A DNA stretch of 64,000 nucleotides from an uncultured Pelagibacteraceae bacterium (lineage in GTDB: Bacteria; Pseudomonadota; Alphaproteobacteria; Pelagibacterales; Pelagibacteraceae), in assembly GCA_902599485.1 (NCBI GenBank), contig CACKFP010000003.1:1726-65725 (forward strand). Reading direction: 5' to 3'. A program made the translations under genes and the position numbers. The notes beneath the pieces were generated by a model. It did no database searches. It saw nothing but the letters and a program-made list of their open reading frames with translations, and had not been told where the DNA came from. Shown here piece by piece: positions 9,033 to 20,547 of the stretch (positions are counted from its first letter, which is position 1; the number at the start of each line of letters is the position of its first letter).

Positions 9033-9611
9033 TTATTCAGCTTTATAGCCAAATTCTAAACAAGCATCAGTTATTGAATGATAAAGAGATTCACCAAAAC
9101 TTCTTAAAGCAAATATTCTTACTTTTCTTGGATTTGAACTTATAAAATCAATAGTTATTGTAATTGCATGAAAAGCAGAATTAGAACATTTTCCTTCATC
9201 AAGACCATCTAAATTTAACGGACAACCTTTTTTCAATACTTCGTCTACTAAAGAACCTTCCAATTCCAGTATTGTTCTTGAATGAGATAGATCTGTTAAT
9301 GCAAAATCATCATGACTTAAGTTCTGTAAAATAGATTTTTCTATTTCTTTATTTTTTGAAACGACTAACCAATTATCAGGTCCCATCCATAAAATTCTTG
9401 TATTTTTATTTGAAGAAACCAAAAGTGTCTCAGGTAAATTTAAATTATCTATTTTTATTTTATCAATACTAATTGAAGATTTTTTATATTTAACAATTTG
9501 ATAAATCAAAACATCTTTGATTTCTCTAATTTTTATTAGCTCATCTTTACTATCGTGATTGCCAAACAATCCATGTTTATGAATATTTTCTAGTGCAGAA
9601 ACATTTTTCAT
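9033..9611 (-). CDS. soxG: Sarcosine oxidase gamma-type subunit (possibly MgdD)
   Basis: LWMGPDNWLV, TDLSHSR, VL.KGCP and RSFGESL motifs; last gene of a BDAG operon. Confidence 0.88.
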   Translation of the reverse strand: MKNVSALENIHKHGLFGNHDSKDELIKIREIKDVLIYQIVKYKKSSISIDKIKIDNLNLPETLLVSSNKNTRILWMGPDNWLVVSKNKEIEKSILQNLSHDDFALTDLSHSRTILELEGSLVDEVLKKGCPLNLDGLDEGKCSNSAFHAITITIDFISSNPRKVRIFALRSFGESLYHSITDACLEFGYKAE

Positions 9612-12604
9612 GATCTAACTCTTTTTCCTTCAGGATCAACATAATGAGAAGAAATAACTTCTACTTCAATTGATTTATTTTTTAATGGTGATACCGCAAA
9701 AAACTTTTTACCTATCATATTTTTTCCATCTTTCATAATTGCTAGTGAAAATGGATTATTATTTTCTACACTCCAACAAGAAGAAGAAACATGGCCTAGT
9801 TTAGGGTTTGGTAATTTTGCATTCTGATCTTGAACAATATGAGATCCTTCAGGAATACTAGACTTTCTATCAATTGGAATAAGTCCGACAATTTTTTGTC
9901 TGCTCTCAACATTAAATGCTTCTCTTCCTAAAGAATTTTTGCCAATAAAATCTTTTTTCTTTGAAACTAATCCATTTAATGAAACATCTGATGGGATTGT
10001 TCGGCCATCTAATTCTGGTCCTGCAACGTGTCCCATTTCAATTCTTAATGTTGATAAAGCTTCAGTTCCGTAAGGCTGATTTCCAAATTCTTTTCCTACT
10101 TCCATCATTTTCTCCCACATAAACATACCATGATCTGATTTGACATTAATCTCATATGCAAGCTCACCAGAAAATGAAATTCTAAAAATTCTTGATGGAA
10201 CACCAAAAAATTCTGCTTCTTTATAGCCCATAAAAGGCAAAGCTTCATTTGATACGTCTAAGTCCGGATATAATTTTGATAACATTTCTCTGGATTTAGG
10301 TCCAGCAATTGCAGCCCCTGCCCATTGCTCAGTCGTAGAGACAACATTTACATTTAATTCTGGCCAAACAATTTGAAGATAATATTCTAAGTGAGATAAA
10401 ACATTTGCAGCTTGTGCAGTTGTTGTTGTCATATGATAATGATTTTCAGAAATTCTTGTTGTTGTTCCATCGTCCATGACAATTCCATCTTCTCTAAGCA
10501 TCAATCCATATCTTGCTTTTCCAACAGGTAATTTCATCCAAGCATTTGTATAAACTCTATTTAAAAATTCTGCCGCGTCTGGACCTTTAATATCAATTTT
10601 TCCTAATGTTGTTACATCGCATATACCAACATTCTCTCTAACATTTTTTGCCTCTCTCTTTGAAGCTTCAAATAAAGTTTCACTTCCTTGCTTATAATAT
10701 CGAGGTCTTTTCCAAGCACCTGCATCAACAAATACTGCATTATTTTTCTCATGCCATTCATGCATTGGAGTTTTTCTAGTCGGCATATATTCCATACCAA
10801 CTTCACGACCAACTATTGTCCCGATTGTAATTGGTGTGAAAGGTGGTCTAAATGTTGTGTGTCCCACTTCAGGAACTATTTTATTTTCTATATTAGATAC
10901 CAACTGAAGACCATTTAAATTACTTGTACGGCCTTGATCTGTTGCCATTCCAAGAGTTGTATATCTTTTGACGTGCTCTATTGATCTGTAACCTTCTCTT
11001 AGTGCGATTTCTATATCAGAGACAGATACATCATTTTGAAAGTCAACAAATCTTTTTGGATTTTCATTTTTAGGTAACGGCATGCACCAAAATTTATCAT
11101 GAGCTCCGTATTTCTTTTCATTTACATTTGGAATTGAAATTTCTGTTTTAGTCTCTGTAATTTTTGCGGAGAGATTTGAACCATTTTCAAAACCATGTTT
11201 TAAACTTTCTTCTAATGTAAATGATCCATTTGCTGCACCGACTGATGTCTCATGTTGTTTTTTTTTATCTGGAATAAATGCATCAATTTTTTCTTCATAC
11301 TTAAGTTTATTTCCTGATTGTGATGCTAAATGAACAGATGGTGTCCAAAATCCAGAGACACAAATGCAATCACATTCTATAGTTTCAATTTTCTCAAAAG
11401 AATTTTTATCCTTATTCAGTTTACCAATTTTTGCAGATTTAACTTTTTTGTATCCATTAGCAACAATAACACCATGAGAAAATCTTATATCAATTCCCTT
11501 TGATTTAGCTTCATCAATTAATTCTGATGAATGTTCTTCTCTTGTATCTAATATAATTGGTTCAACATTATTTTTTTTGAACTCTAAAGCTGTTTCATAC
11601 GCACTATCGTTATTTGTAAATATTAAAGGTTTCTTTCCAACCAAAACTCCATAGACTTTCATATATTCTTTTGCAGCTGCTGATAAAAAAATTCCTGGAG
11701 TATCATTGTTGCCAAACACAATTGGTCTTTCAATTGAACCCGTTGATAAAATTGTTTCTTTGGCCCTAATATACCAAAGTCTTTGTCTTGGGGTGAATTT
11801 TGATTTTGTCTCTAAATGATCACTAACTCTCTCAAACATTACCAGCATGTTATGATCATAATAACCAAAAACTTGAGATCTATTTTTTACAGTGACATTA
11901 GGCATAGATTTTAATTCAGTAATTATTTTTTCTGCCCAATCTTTTCCTGATAAATTATCGATGCTTACGTCATCAGTTAAAAGTGTTCCTCCAAATCTTG
12001 GTTTATCCTCAGCTAAAATTACTTTTGCTCCATTTTTTGCAGCAGCATAAGCACTTGCTAATCCAGAGGGTCCAGATCCAGTAACTAACAAATCGCAATA
12101 CTCAAATTTATGTTCATATCTTTCTTTATCTTTTTCTATCGAAGCAACCCCTAATCCTGCAGCTTTTCTAATGAAAGGTTCGTAAATTTTATACCAGAAA
12201 CTTTTAGGCCACATAAATGTTTTGTAATAAAACCCTGCAGGGAAAAACATTTTTAAAAAATTATTAATTGCACCAACATCAAAATTAACTGATGGCCAAC
12301 AATTTTGGCTTGTTGCGGACAAACCTTCAACAAGTTCCATTTCTGTTGCATTAACATTTGGCTCTGAATGACCATTGAATTCTACTTGAAGCTTTGCGTT
12401 TGGTTCCTCTACTCCTGCTCCAAAAAAACCTCTTGGTCTATGATATTTAAAACTTCTACCAACTAAATGTATTCCATTTGCAATCAAAGCAGATGCAATT
12501 GTATCTCCCTCATATCCAAATAATTTTTTTCCGTTAAAAGTAAAAGATATTTTTTTGTTTCGATTAATTAATCCCTCTTTATTTAATCTAAATGGTTGGC
12601 TCAT
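9608..12604 (-). CDS. soxA: Sarcosine oxidase alpha-type subunit (possibly MgdC)
   Basis: GDTIASAL, RSFKYHRPRG, KRYTTLGMATDQG, TTFRPP and a C-terminal GcvT/folate-binding domain. Confidence 0.93.
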   Translation of the reverse strand: MSQPFRLNKEGLINRNKKISFTFNGKKLFGYEGDTIASALIANGIHLVGRSFKYHRPRGFFGAGVEEPNAKLQVEFNGHSEPNVNATEMELVEGLSATSQNCWPSVNFDVGAINNFLKMFFPAGFYYKTFMWPKSFWYKIYEPFIRKAAGLGVASIEKDKERYEHKFEYCDLLVTGSGPSGLASAYAAAKNGAKVILAEDKPRFGGTLLTDDVSIDNLSGKDWAEKIITELKSMPNVTVKNRSQVFGYYDHNMLVMFERVSDHLETKSKFTPRQRLWYIRAKETILSTGSIERPIVFGNNDTPGIFLSAAAKEYMKVYGVLVGKKPLIFTNNDSAYETALEFKKNNVEPIILDTREEHSSELIDEAKSKGIDIRFSHGVIVANGYKKVKSAKIGKLNKDKNSFEKIETIECDCICVSGFWTPSVHLASQSGNKLKYEEKIDAFIPDKKKQHETSVGAANGSFTLEESLKHGFENGSNLSAKITETKTEISIPNVNEKKYGAHDKFWCMPLPKNENPKRFVDFQNDVSVSDIEIALREGYRSIEHVKRYTTLGMATDQGRTSNLNGLQLVSNIENKIVPEVGHTTFRPPFTPITIGTIVGREVGMEYMPTRKTPMHEWHEKNNAVFVDAGAWKRPRYYKQGSETLFEASKREAKNVRENVGICDVTTLGKIDIKGPDAAEFLNRVYTNAWMKLPVGKARYGLMLREDGIVMDDGTTTRISENHYHMTTTTAQAANVLSHLEYYLQIVWPELNVNVVSTTEQWAGAAIAGPKSREMLSKLYPDLDVSNEALPFMGYKEAEFFGVPSRIFRISFSGELAYEINVKSDHGMFMWEKMMEVGKEFGNQPYGTEALSTLRIEMGHVAGPELDGRTIPSDVSLNGLVSKKKDFIGKNSLGREAFNVESRQKIVGLIPIDRKSSIPEGSHIVQDQNAKLPNPKLGHVSSSCWSVENNNPFSLAIMKDGKNMIGKKFFAVSPLKNKSIEVEVISSHYVDPEGKRVRS

Positions 12605-12870
12605 CTTATTTCTTCTGTGACTTTTGCTGTTTGGAAAATTTCATGTGTAGCGGTGTCTCTTTGCACCTTAATCCATTGTCTACATCCTGCTATATGTTGC
12701 CATAACTCTATATGTTTCCCTCTTGGACTTTTTCTCATATAAACAAAATTATCCCAATCTTCACTTGATACTTCTTCATTTATATTAGGTCTTTTTACAG
12801 TTGCATCACCTCCATATGAAAATTCTTTTTGTGCTCTTAAACCGCAATAAGGACATTTGATGTATAACAT
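12601..12870 (-). CDS. soxD: Sarcosine oxidase delta-type subunit (possibly MgdB)
   Basis: CPYCG.R...EF.YGG, E.W.H..GC..W....RDT zinc-binding motifs. Confidence 0.92.
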   Translation of the reverse strand: MLYIKCPYCGLRAQKEFSYGGDATVKRPNINEEVSSEDWDNFVYMRKSPRGKHIELWQHIAGCRQWIKVQRDTATHEIFQTAKVTEEIR

Positions 12871-12873
12871 TTT

Positions 12874-14130
12874 TTAACCAATCCAGGTTTTAGTTCCTAA
12901 ACCTTTTTCATCTAGAAGATGACCTGTAGAAAATCTATTTAATCTTAATTCTGAATTTAATTCATGAACTTGATCTTGCGCAATTGTATGAGCAAATGTC
13001 CAACCTGAAACAGGAGTTGATTTAAAACCTCCATAACACCATCCACAATTTAAATATAAACCTTCAATATGAGTTTTATCAATTATTGGAGAACCATCCA
13101 TAGACATATCCATGATCCCTCCCCATGTCCTTAACATTTTTAATCTACTTAAAAATGGAAACAAAGCTAAGCCACCTGTCAAGACATGTTGTATAGTTGG
13201 CAAGTTACCTCTTTGAGCATAACTATTATATCCATCAAGATCACCACCCATTACCATCTCACCTTTATCTGATTGACTTATATAAAAGTGGCCTGCACCA
13301 AAAGTTACTACTCCGTCTAATAATGGTTTTACAGGTTCTGAAACACAAGCTTGTAGTACGTGAGTTTCTATTGGCAGTGTCATATTTAATTTTTCAGCTA
13401 ATATATTTGTGCTACCTGCAACACATAATCCAACTTTTTTTGCTTTAATATCTCCTCTTGAAGTTCTAATTCCTTTTATCTTTCCATTAACAACATCAAA
13501 ACCAGTGACCTCACAATGTTGAATTATATCTACGCCCATATCATCTGCTTGACGCGCATAACCCCAAGCAACAGCATCATGTCTTGCGGTACCAGCGCTT
13601 GGTTGCATTAAGCCTCCAAAAATTGGGAAACGTACTTCATCACTAAAGTCAGCCATTGGAATTAATTTTTTAACTTCGTCTCTATCCAATAACTTTGCAT
13701 CTATTCCATTTAATCTCATAGAGTTTCCTCTTCGAGCATATGCATTCATTTGAGCATCTGAATGGGCTAAGTTTATTATTCCCCTTGGAGAAAACATTAC
13801 ATTAAAGTTCAATTCTTGACTTAAGTTTCTCCATAAATCCATACCAAATTCATTAAATCTTGCATTAGCATCGTACATAAAATTTGATCTTATGATCGTT
13901 GTATTTCGACCAACATTTCCACCACCAATCCAGCCTTTCTCAATGATAGCTACATTTCTAATATTATGTTCTTTTGCTAAATAATATGCAGTAGCAAGAC
14001 CGTGTCCTCCGCCTCCAATGATGACTACATCATATTCACTTTTTGGAGATGGATCTTTCCAAGCAACTTCCCAATTTTGGTGATTGGAGAAAGCGTTTTT
14101 GATTAGACTAAATACTGAATATTTCTGCAT
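12874..14130 (-). CDS. soxB: Sarcosine oxidase beta-type FAD subunit (possibly MgdA)
   Basis: GGGGHGLATAYYLAK, GGNVGRNTTIIRSN, GTARHDAVAWGYAR and GWCYGGFK. Confidence 0.93.
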   Translation of the reverse strand: MQKYSVFSLIKNAFSNHQNWEVAWKDPSPKSEYDVVIIGGGGHGLATAYYLAKEHNIRNVAIIEKGWIGGGNVGRNTTIIRSNFMYDANARFNEFGMDLWRNLSQELNFNVMFSPRGIINLAHSDAQMNAYARRGNSMRLNGIDAKLLDRDEVKKLIPMADFSDEVRFPIFGGLMQPSAGTARHDAVAWGYARQADDMGVDIIQHCEVTGFDVVNGKIKGIRTSRGDIKAKKVGLCVAGSTNILAEKLNMTLPIETHVLQACVSEPVKPLLDGVVTFGAGHFYISQSDKGEMVMGGDLDGYNSYAQRGNLPTIQHVLTGGLALFPFLSRLKMLRTWGGIMDMSMDGSPIIDKTHIEGLYLNCGWCYGGFKSTPVSGWTFAHTIAQDQVHELNSELRLNRFSTGHLLDEKGLGTKTWIG

Positions 14131-14251
14131 CCGTAAGTTTTATAAAATTAAATATAAGTTTTTGCTAATTTTTTTTATATATATTTTTTAGATGTTTAAA
14201 TACGTGACAAAAAAGGATAGTAATTCTGCTCATTAATAAGTAATTAGATTT

Positions 14252-15931
14252 ATGTCAAAATCAGATATCCAAATTGCACGAGAAGCAAAAATGAAACCCA
14301 TAAATGAGATTTTGGGTAAAATTAATGTTCCAGACGAACCAAGTGCTTTTAGCCCTATGGGACGTCATATTGCTAAAATAAATTTAGAATATTTAGATAG
14401 TTTAAATGATAAAAAAAATGGAAAATTAATTTTAGTTACTGCTATTACACCTACTCCTGCAGGTGAGGGAAAAACTACTACGTCAGTTGGTTTAAATGAT
14501 GGATTAAATAAAATTGGTAAAAATTCTATAGTGTGTTTACGTGAACCTAGTTTAGGTCCTTCATTTGGAATGAAAGGTGGAGCAGCAGGTGGAGGATATG
14601 CTCAAGTTGTTCCAATGGAACAAATCAATTTACATTTTACGGGGGATTTCCATGCAATTACATCTGCTCACAATTTATTGTCAGCGTTAATTGATAATCA
14701 TATTTATTGGGGAAATAAATTAAACATAGATGTTAGAAGAGTAGTTTGGAGAAGAGTTATGGATATGAATGATAGATCTTTAAGATCTATCAATATTAAT
14801 TTAGGTGGAGTTGCTAATGGTTTTCCAAGAGAAGACGGTTTTGATATTACAGTAGCATCTGAGATAATGGCTATCTTTTGTTTAGCAAATGATCTTGAGG
14901 ATTTGGAAAAGAGAATCGGTAATATTACTGTTGCTTATACTAGAGATAGAAAGCCTATATTTGCGAAAGATTTAAATGCCCACGGACCAATGACTGTTTT
15001 GTTAAAAGAAGCAATTAGGCCTAATGTAACTCAAACGTTAGAAAATAATCCAGCAATTATTCATGGTGGTCCTTTTGCAAACATTGCGCACGGTTGTAAC
15101 TCTGTAATAGCAACTAAAGCAGGTTTAAAACTAGCTGATTATGTTGTAACTGAAGCTGGATTTGGAGCAGACCTAGGAGCAGAAAAATTTTTAGATATTA
15201 AATGTAGAAAATCAAATTTAAAACCTGAGTGTGTAGTTATTGTTGCAACAATCAGAGCATTAAAAATGCACGGCGGTGTAGCTAAAGATGATTTAAAAAA
15301 TGAAAATGTAGAAGCGCTAAAAAAAGGTTTAGTAAATTTAGAAAGACACATTGAAAACGTAAAAAAATTTGGTTTACCGGTAGCGGTTGCTGTTAATCAT
15401 TTTATTGCTGATACTGATAATGAGGTAAAAGAGTTAATAAATGCTTGTGATAAAATGGGAGTTAAAGCTACTTTATGCACTCATTGGTCAAATGGTGGAG
15501 ATGGAACAAAAGAACTTGCTTCACATGTTGTAGATTTGATTGAACAAAAACAAGCAAATTTTAAATTTTTATATGATGAAAAAACACCTTTGTTAAAGAA
15601 AGTTGAAACTGTTGCGAAAGAAATTTATCGAGCAAACGAAGTTGTTGCTGACAGCAAAATAAAAGATCAATTAAAATCTTTTGAAGAAGCGGGTTATGGA
15701 AATTTACCGATATGTGTAGCTAAAACACAATATAGTTTTTCTACTGATCCAAATGCAAAAGGTGCTCCAACAGGCCATTCATTACCAATTAGAGAAGTAA
15801 GATTATCTTCAGGTGCAGAATTTATTGTTGTTATATGTGGAGCCATCATGACAATGCCTGGACTACCAAGGGTTCCTGCAGCAGACTCTATTAAGCTTAA
15901 TGAAAAAGGTGAAATAGAAGGCTTGTTCTAA
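14252..15931 (+). CDS. fhs: Formate-tetrahydrofolate ligase
   Basis: [42 protein letters not shown] and [10 protein letters not shown]. Confidence 0.98.
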   Translation: MSKSDIQIAREAKMKPINEILGKINVPDEPSAFSPMGRHIAKINLEYLDSLNDKKNGKLILVTAITPTPAGEGKTTTSVGLNDGLNKIGKNSIVCLREPSLGPSFGMKGGAAGGGYAQVVPMEQINLHFTGDFHAITSAHNLLSALIDNHIYWGNKLNIDVRRVVWRRVMDMNDRSLRSININLGGVANGFPREDGFDITVASEIMAIFCLANDLEDLEKRIGNITVAYTRDRKPIFAKDLNAHGPMTVLLKEAIRPNVTQTLENNPAIIHGGPFANIAHGCNSVIATKAGLKLADYVVTEAGFGADLGAEKFLDIKCRKSNLKPECVVIVATIRALKMHGGVAKDDLKNENVEALKKGLVNLERHIENVKKFGLPVAVAVNHFIADTDNEVKELINACDKMGVKATLCTHWSNGGDGTKELASHVVDLIEQKQANFKFLYDEKTPLLKKVETVAKEIYRANEVVADSKIKDQLKSFEEAGYGNLPICVAKTQYSFSTDPNAKGAPTGHSLPIREVRLSSGAEFIVVICGAIMTMPGLPRVPAADSIKLNEKGEIEGLF

Positions 15932-16710
15932 TTTAAATTATTTAGCCAATTTTCTAATTCTCTCATCCTTGCATCTTTATTAGAAATTTTATTTTCATCT
16001 TCTATAATTTTTATATGAGAGTCTATTTCCATTTGGTCAATAAAGGCTTTTTTTTCTAATAGTCGATCTCTCCTAAAATGAATTAAACTTATCATTTTGG
16101 CATAAGTTATCTCTGGGTGATATTGTATTCCCCATACATTAGTTGAACCAACATTAAAATTTATACCCATTACTTTATTTATTGGATTTGATGAAAGTAA
16201 TGTAGAGCCCTCAGGTAATTTTACAACTTCATCAAAATTAAACGCAGGGGTATTAAATTTTTTATTTTTATTTTTATAAAGCGGATGTTTAAGGCCGTTT
16301 TCGTTTATTTCTATGTCATGAGCTATTCCTCTATGTGCACCATTAGGGCATTTCTTTACTTCACCACCAGCAACAGTTACTGCAACTTGCATTCCCCAAC
16401 ATATTGCGAATATATTTTTTATATTCTTTTGACATTCCCTCATAAAGTTTATTTGTCTTCTTATTTCTGGAGTGTCATTGTAAATATTTAAACTACTACC
16501 ACCCCAAATCATTCCATGATATTTAGTTAAATCTTTAGCTACTTCATTAATATTTTCATCTGATGAAGGATTAACAACATCAATTTCTAATTGATCTGTA
16601 AAATAACTAATACTATCTTTTAAACTTTCAGTATGAGTTTTAATTCCACCATCTGTAAAGCTTTGATTTTCTTCTCTAAGGTTGCCTTCAACTATAAGAA
16701 TTCTTTTCAT
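15928..16710 (-). CDS. Class I glutamine amidotransferase-like protein (possible gamma-glutamyl hydrolase)
   Basis: ICWGMQ nucleophile Cys and QYHPE His-Glu; stand-alone, no synthase domain. Confidence 0.85.
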   Translation of the reverse strand: MKRILIVEGNLREENQSFTDGGIKTHTESLKDSISYFTDQLEIDVVNPSSDENINEVAKDLTKYHGMIWGGSSLNIYNDTPEIRRQINFMRECQKNIKNIFAICWGMQVAVTVAGGEVKKCPNGAHRGIAHDIEINENGLKHPLYKNKNKKFNTPAFNFDEVVKLPEGSTLLSSNPINKVMGINFNVGSTNVWGIQYHPEITYAKMISLIHFRRDRLLEKKAFIDQMEIDSHIKIIEDENKISNKDARMRELENWLNNLN

Positions 16711-17867
16711 TAAAATAATTTACCTGAAATACTGTGTTCATAAAGTGCTTTCATGTCATCCTTACTCATTGTCCTTGGATTGGTAGAAGTTGAAGGATCT
16801 TCTAATGCCATAACTGATAACTGTTCTAAATTTATTTTATTTACATCAATAATTTCTGATAATTTATGTGGTATATTTAATTCTTTTCTTAGTTCTAAAA
16901 TCCATTGTAAAAAACTATCAAAACTTTTATCGAGTTCGAGATAATCACATATAGAAATTATCCTTTTTTCAATCATTTCTTTGTTAAAAGTTAATACATA
17001 AGGCATAAAGATTGCATTTGATAAACCGTGGTGAACATTAAATTGTGCATTAATAGGGTGGCTTAAAGAATGAATAGCACCAAGCCCTTTTTGAAAAGCG
17101 GTAGAACCCATACTAGCTGAAGCTAATAATTCTGCTCTGGCATTTAAATCTTTACCGTTCTTAACTGCTTTAATTAATGAGTTTTTAATTAATTTCATTC
17201 CTTCAATCGCAATTCCATCAGCCATCGGGTGGAATCCTGGTGCACAAAAAGCTTCTAAATTGTGTGCCAAAGCATCCATGCCTGTCGCTGCAGTCAATCT
17301 TGAAGAAAGATCTAAAGTTAAATTAGGATCTAAAATTACAATTGAAGGTAAAAATTTCGGGTGGAAAATAATTTTTTTTATACCTGTTTGTTTATTGATT
17401 ATAGCTGATGCTCTTCCAGTTTCTGATCCTGTCCCTGCTGTAGTAGGTACAGCAATGATAGGTGCAATATTAGTTTCATCTGCTCTTTTCCAATAATCAC
17501 CTATATCTTCAAAATCCCATATTGGTCTAGACTGTCCTGACATAAAAGCAATAGCTTTACCTACATCAAGACCGCTACCACCACCAAATGCAATAACTCC
17601 ATCACAACCTAATTTTTTAAACTCCCCCACTCCCTCTTCCACATTCTCGCCTACAGGATTACCTGAAAAATTTGAAAAAACTTGAAGATGATTAAAGGTT
17701 TTTTTTAAATCTAAAATAATATCTTGAACCATTTTTAGATTAATTAAATCCTTATCTGTGACAAATAATGGTTTATTGATTTTTAGATTTTTGCATGCTA
17801 GACCTAAATCTTGAATTCTGTTCTCTCCAACCCAAATTGTAGTAGGATAATTCCAATTAGTTTTCAT
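16710..17867 (-). CDS. Iron-containing alcohol dehydrogenase
   Basis: GGGSGLD.GK, PTTAGTGSE, GMDALAH, HSLSH and HHG metal ligands. Confidence 0.93.
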   Translation of the reverse strand: MKTNWNYPTTIWVGENRIQDLGLACKNLKINKPLFVTDKDLINLKMVQDIILDLKKTFNHLQVFSNFSGNPVGENVEEGVGEFKKLGCDGVIAFGGGSGLDVGKAIAFMSGQSRPIWDFEDIGDYWKRADETNIAPIIAVPTTAGTGSETGRASAIINKQTGIKKIIFHPKFLPSIVILDPNLTLDLSSRLTAATGMDALAHNLEAFCAPGFHPMADGIAIEGMKLIKNSLIKAVKNGKDLNARAELLASASMGSTAFQKGLGAIHSLSHPINAQFNVHHGLSNAIFMPYVLTFNKEMIEKRIISICDYLELDKSFDSFLQWILELRKELNIPHKLSEIIDVNKINLEQLSVMALEDPSTSTNPRTMSKDDMKALYEHSISGKLF

Positions 17868-17943
17868 ATTAAAATAATATTTAATTTTTCTATTTTTCTT
17901 AGTACAATATATTTATAATTTTAATTGTAGAGGAAAAATTATC

Positions 17944-19278
17944 GTGACTAAAGTCGCTATTATCGGTGCTGGACCTTGCGGGTTATCAATACTCAGGGCT
18001 TTTGAACATGCCGAGAAAAAAGGAGATAAGATCCCTGAAATAGTTTGCTTTGAAAAACAAAGTGATTGGGGAGGTCTTTGGAATTATAGCTGGAGAACAG
18101 GATCTGACCAATATGGAGATCCAGTTCATAATAGCATGTATAGATATCTTTGGTCAAACGGACCTAAAGAGTGTCTTGAATTTGCAGATTATTCTTTTGA
18201 TGAACATTTTGGTAAGCCAATTCCATCTTTCCCACCTAGAGAAGTACTTTATGATTATATCACGAGTAGAGTAAGTAAAGGAAATTTAAGAAATAAAATT
18301 AAATTTAATACAAGAGTAGTTAATACAGTTTTTAAATCAGATAAATTTGAAGTTAGCTATCAAGATAAAGAAAATGATAAAATTTTAACTGATCATTTTG
18401 ATTACGTTGTAGTATCCACTGGTCATTTTTCAGTTCCTTTTATACCTGAATATAAAGGTATGAGTTCATTTCCTGGGAGAATAATGCACTCACATGATTT
18501 TAGAGATGCAGAAGAATTTAGAGGAAAAAATATTATAGTTTTAGGAAGCAGTTATTCCGCTGAGGATATTGCGCTTCAATGCAATAAATATGGAGCAAAA
18601 AGTGTAACAATTGGCTACAGGCATAATCCTATGGGTTTTAAATGGCCTGAAGGAATGAAGGAAGTATTCTATTTAGATAGATTAGAGGGAAAAAAAGCAA
18701 TTTTTAAAGATGGCACGGAACAGGATGCAGATGTAATAATACTATGTACTGGTTACCTACATCATTTTCCTTTCTTGGAAGAAAATTTAAAACTTAAAAC
18801 AAGAAACAGACTCTATCCCCCAAAATTATACAAAGGTATTGTTTGGCAAGATAATCACAAACTTTTGTATCTAGGAATGCAAGACCAGTTTCACACATTT
18901 AATATGTTTGATTGCCAAGCTTGGTACGCAAGAGATGTTATAATGGGGAAAATAAATATGCCAAGTGGAGGGGATATTGAAAAAGATATTAATAAATGGG
19001 TTGCTTTAGAAGAAAAATTAGAAAATCCTGATCAGATGATTGATTTTCAGACTGAATATACAAAAGAATTACATGAGATGTCGGATTATCCAAAAATAGA
19101 TTTTGAACTAATCAGAAAACATTTTAAAGAATGGGAACATCATAAGGTTGAAGATATATCAACGTATAGAAATAAATCTTTTTCATCTCCAGTTACAGGA
19201 TCTGTCGCTCCAGTTCATCATACAGCTTGGGCAAAAGCAATGGACGATTCGTCTGAAACATTTCTGAATAAAAACTAA
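17944..19278 (+). CDS. tmm: Trimethylamine monooxygenase (bacterial FMO)
   Basis: GAGPCG, WGGLWNY, SMYRYLWSNGPKECLEF, FMO signature FPGRIMHSHDF and GSSYSAEDI; GTG start; methylamine gene context. Confidence 0.92.
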   Translation: MTKVAIIGAGPCGLSILRAFEHAEKKGDKIPEIVCFEKQSDWGGLWNYSWRTGSDQYGDPVHNSMYRYLWSNGPKECLEFADYSFDEHFGKPIPSFPPREVLYDYITSRVSKGNLRNKIKFNTRVVNTVFKSDKFEVSYQDKENDKILTDHFDYVVVSTGHFSVPFIPEYKGMSSFPGRIMHSHDFRDAEEFRGKNIIVLGSSYSAEDIALQCNKYGAKSVTIGYRHNPMGFKWPEGMKEVFYLDRLEGKKAIFKDGTEQDADVIILCTGYLHHFPFLEENLKLKTRNRLYPPKLYKGIVWQDNHKLLYLGMQDQFHTFNMFDCQAWYARDVIMGKINMPSGGDIEKDINKWVALEEKLENPDQMIDFQTEYTKELHEMSDYPKIDFELIRKHFKEWEHHKVEDISTYRNKSFSSPVTGSVAPVHHTAWAKAMDDSSETFLNKN

Positions 19279-19287
19279 AAATCTAAT

Positions 19288-20547
19288 CTAATTTTCTAGA
19301 ACTAAGTCTAAATATAAAGCTGCGCTCCATGAGAAATTATTTGCGCCCATTACTGATCCATCTTTATAACTGTAATATTCATGGAAACCTTTTTCTTCAA
19401 TTAATTCTAAAGTTTTTTTTTTGATTTCATTCGCATATTCTGGCTCTTTTTTGATAAGTCCTTGATAAATCAACCAATTACAATTTATCCATATTGGACC
19501 TCTCCAATATCTTTTTTCTTCAAATGAAGGATGATTTGGTTTTATTGTTGAGAAATAGTAATTGTCATTAATATTATGATTTTTTAAATTATTAATAATT
19601 TTTTTATTTAATTCATCATCTTGTAAATTTGCGTAGAGAGTAAAATAATTTGTTATTGATGGAACAACGATATTCAGGTTAGTTTTTAAATCTTTTGAGA
19701 CAAAATCATTAATATTATCATCATATAATTTTAATATTTCATTTTCAGTTTTGGATACAAAATTATTTAAATCATCAAAATTTAAATCAAAATTTTTAGC
19801 TAAGCTAAGTAGATCTTTATTTGCTCTCAAAAATAAAGCATTAAATCCAACATCTACTACATTAAAATCAGAAATCTCATACAATTTATGTGGATCATAC
19901 TGAACATCCCTAAATTGATCTCTTAAAGTTACATATCTATCATAATCAGTTTTTAAAGGTCTCTCATCAGCGTTTGAAACTTCAAGGTCTCTTCTTTTAT
20001 AATTAAGGTCTTTATCTACTTTGATATTGCTCATTGGCTGATCCCAAATTGGTGAATTATCATACCCGCTTTCCCAAGGATGTAATATGGATACAAGGCC
20101 CGTTTTATTAGGATCTCTGAATTTTATGAACCAGTCATGATAATTTTTAATTTTTTTGATTACTTTAATTATTCTTGAGTTTTGATCATTATTTAGTTTT
20201 TTTTTTTCAACAATTTTTCTCAAAATACTGGCTAAAACTGGTGGCTGAGTAATACCAGAAGAAGGTATATTTTTTCCACATTGCCAAGTTGTGTGATTTG
20301 GAAAATAAGATGTGTCTTTTTCATGAAAAAGAATGTGGGGTACCATACCATCGTCCCACTGACCATTAAGCAAAGTTTCAATTTCTATAATTGAAAAATC
20401 TAAATTAAAGTAAGAATAGCCAAGAGCTATAAAAGCTGAATCCCAATTCCATTGAGCAGGATATAATTTGTTATTAGTAGGAAGTGTGTAACCATTTTTT
20501 CTGTTACCTAATAATATTTTTTTTGCCTCTTCTACTTTATTTTGCAT
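19288..20547 (-). CDS. GH63-like glucosylglycerate/mannosylglycerate-type hydrolase
   Basis: YP.QW.WDSAF, GMVPHI, SGITQPP, HPWESG.DNSP, YWRGPIW.N and FSWSAA motifs. Confidence 0.85.
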   Translation of the reverse strand: MQNKVEEAKKILLGNRKNGYTLPTNNKLYPAQWNWDSAFIALGYSYFNLDFSIIEIETLLNGQWDDGMVPHILFHEKDTSYFPNHTTWQCGKNIPSSGITQPPVLASILRKIVEKKKLNNDQNSRIIKVIKKIKNYHDWFIKFRDPNKTGLVSILHPWESGYDNSPIWDQPMSNIKVDKDLNYKRRDLEVSNADERPLKTDYDRYVTLRDQFRDVQYDPHKLYEISDFNVVDVGFNALFLRANKDLLSLAKNFDLNFDDLNNFVSKTENEILKLYDDNINDFVSKDLKTNLNIVVPSITNYFTLYANLQDDELNKKIINNLKNHNINDNYYFSTIKPNHPSFEEKRYWRGPIWINCNWLIYQGLIKKEPEYANEIKKKTLELIEEKGFHEYYSYKDGSVMGANNFSWSAALYLDLVLEN

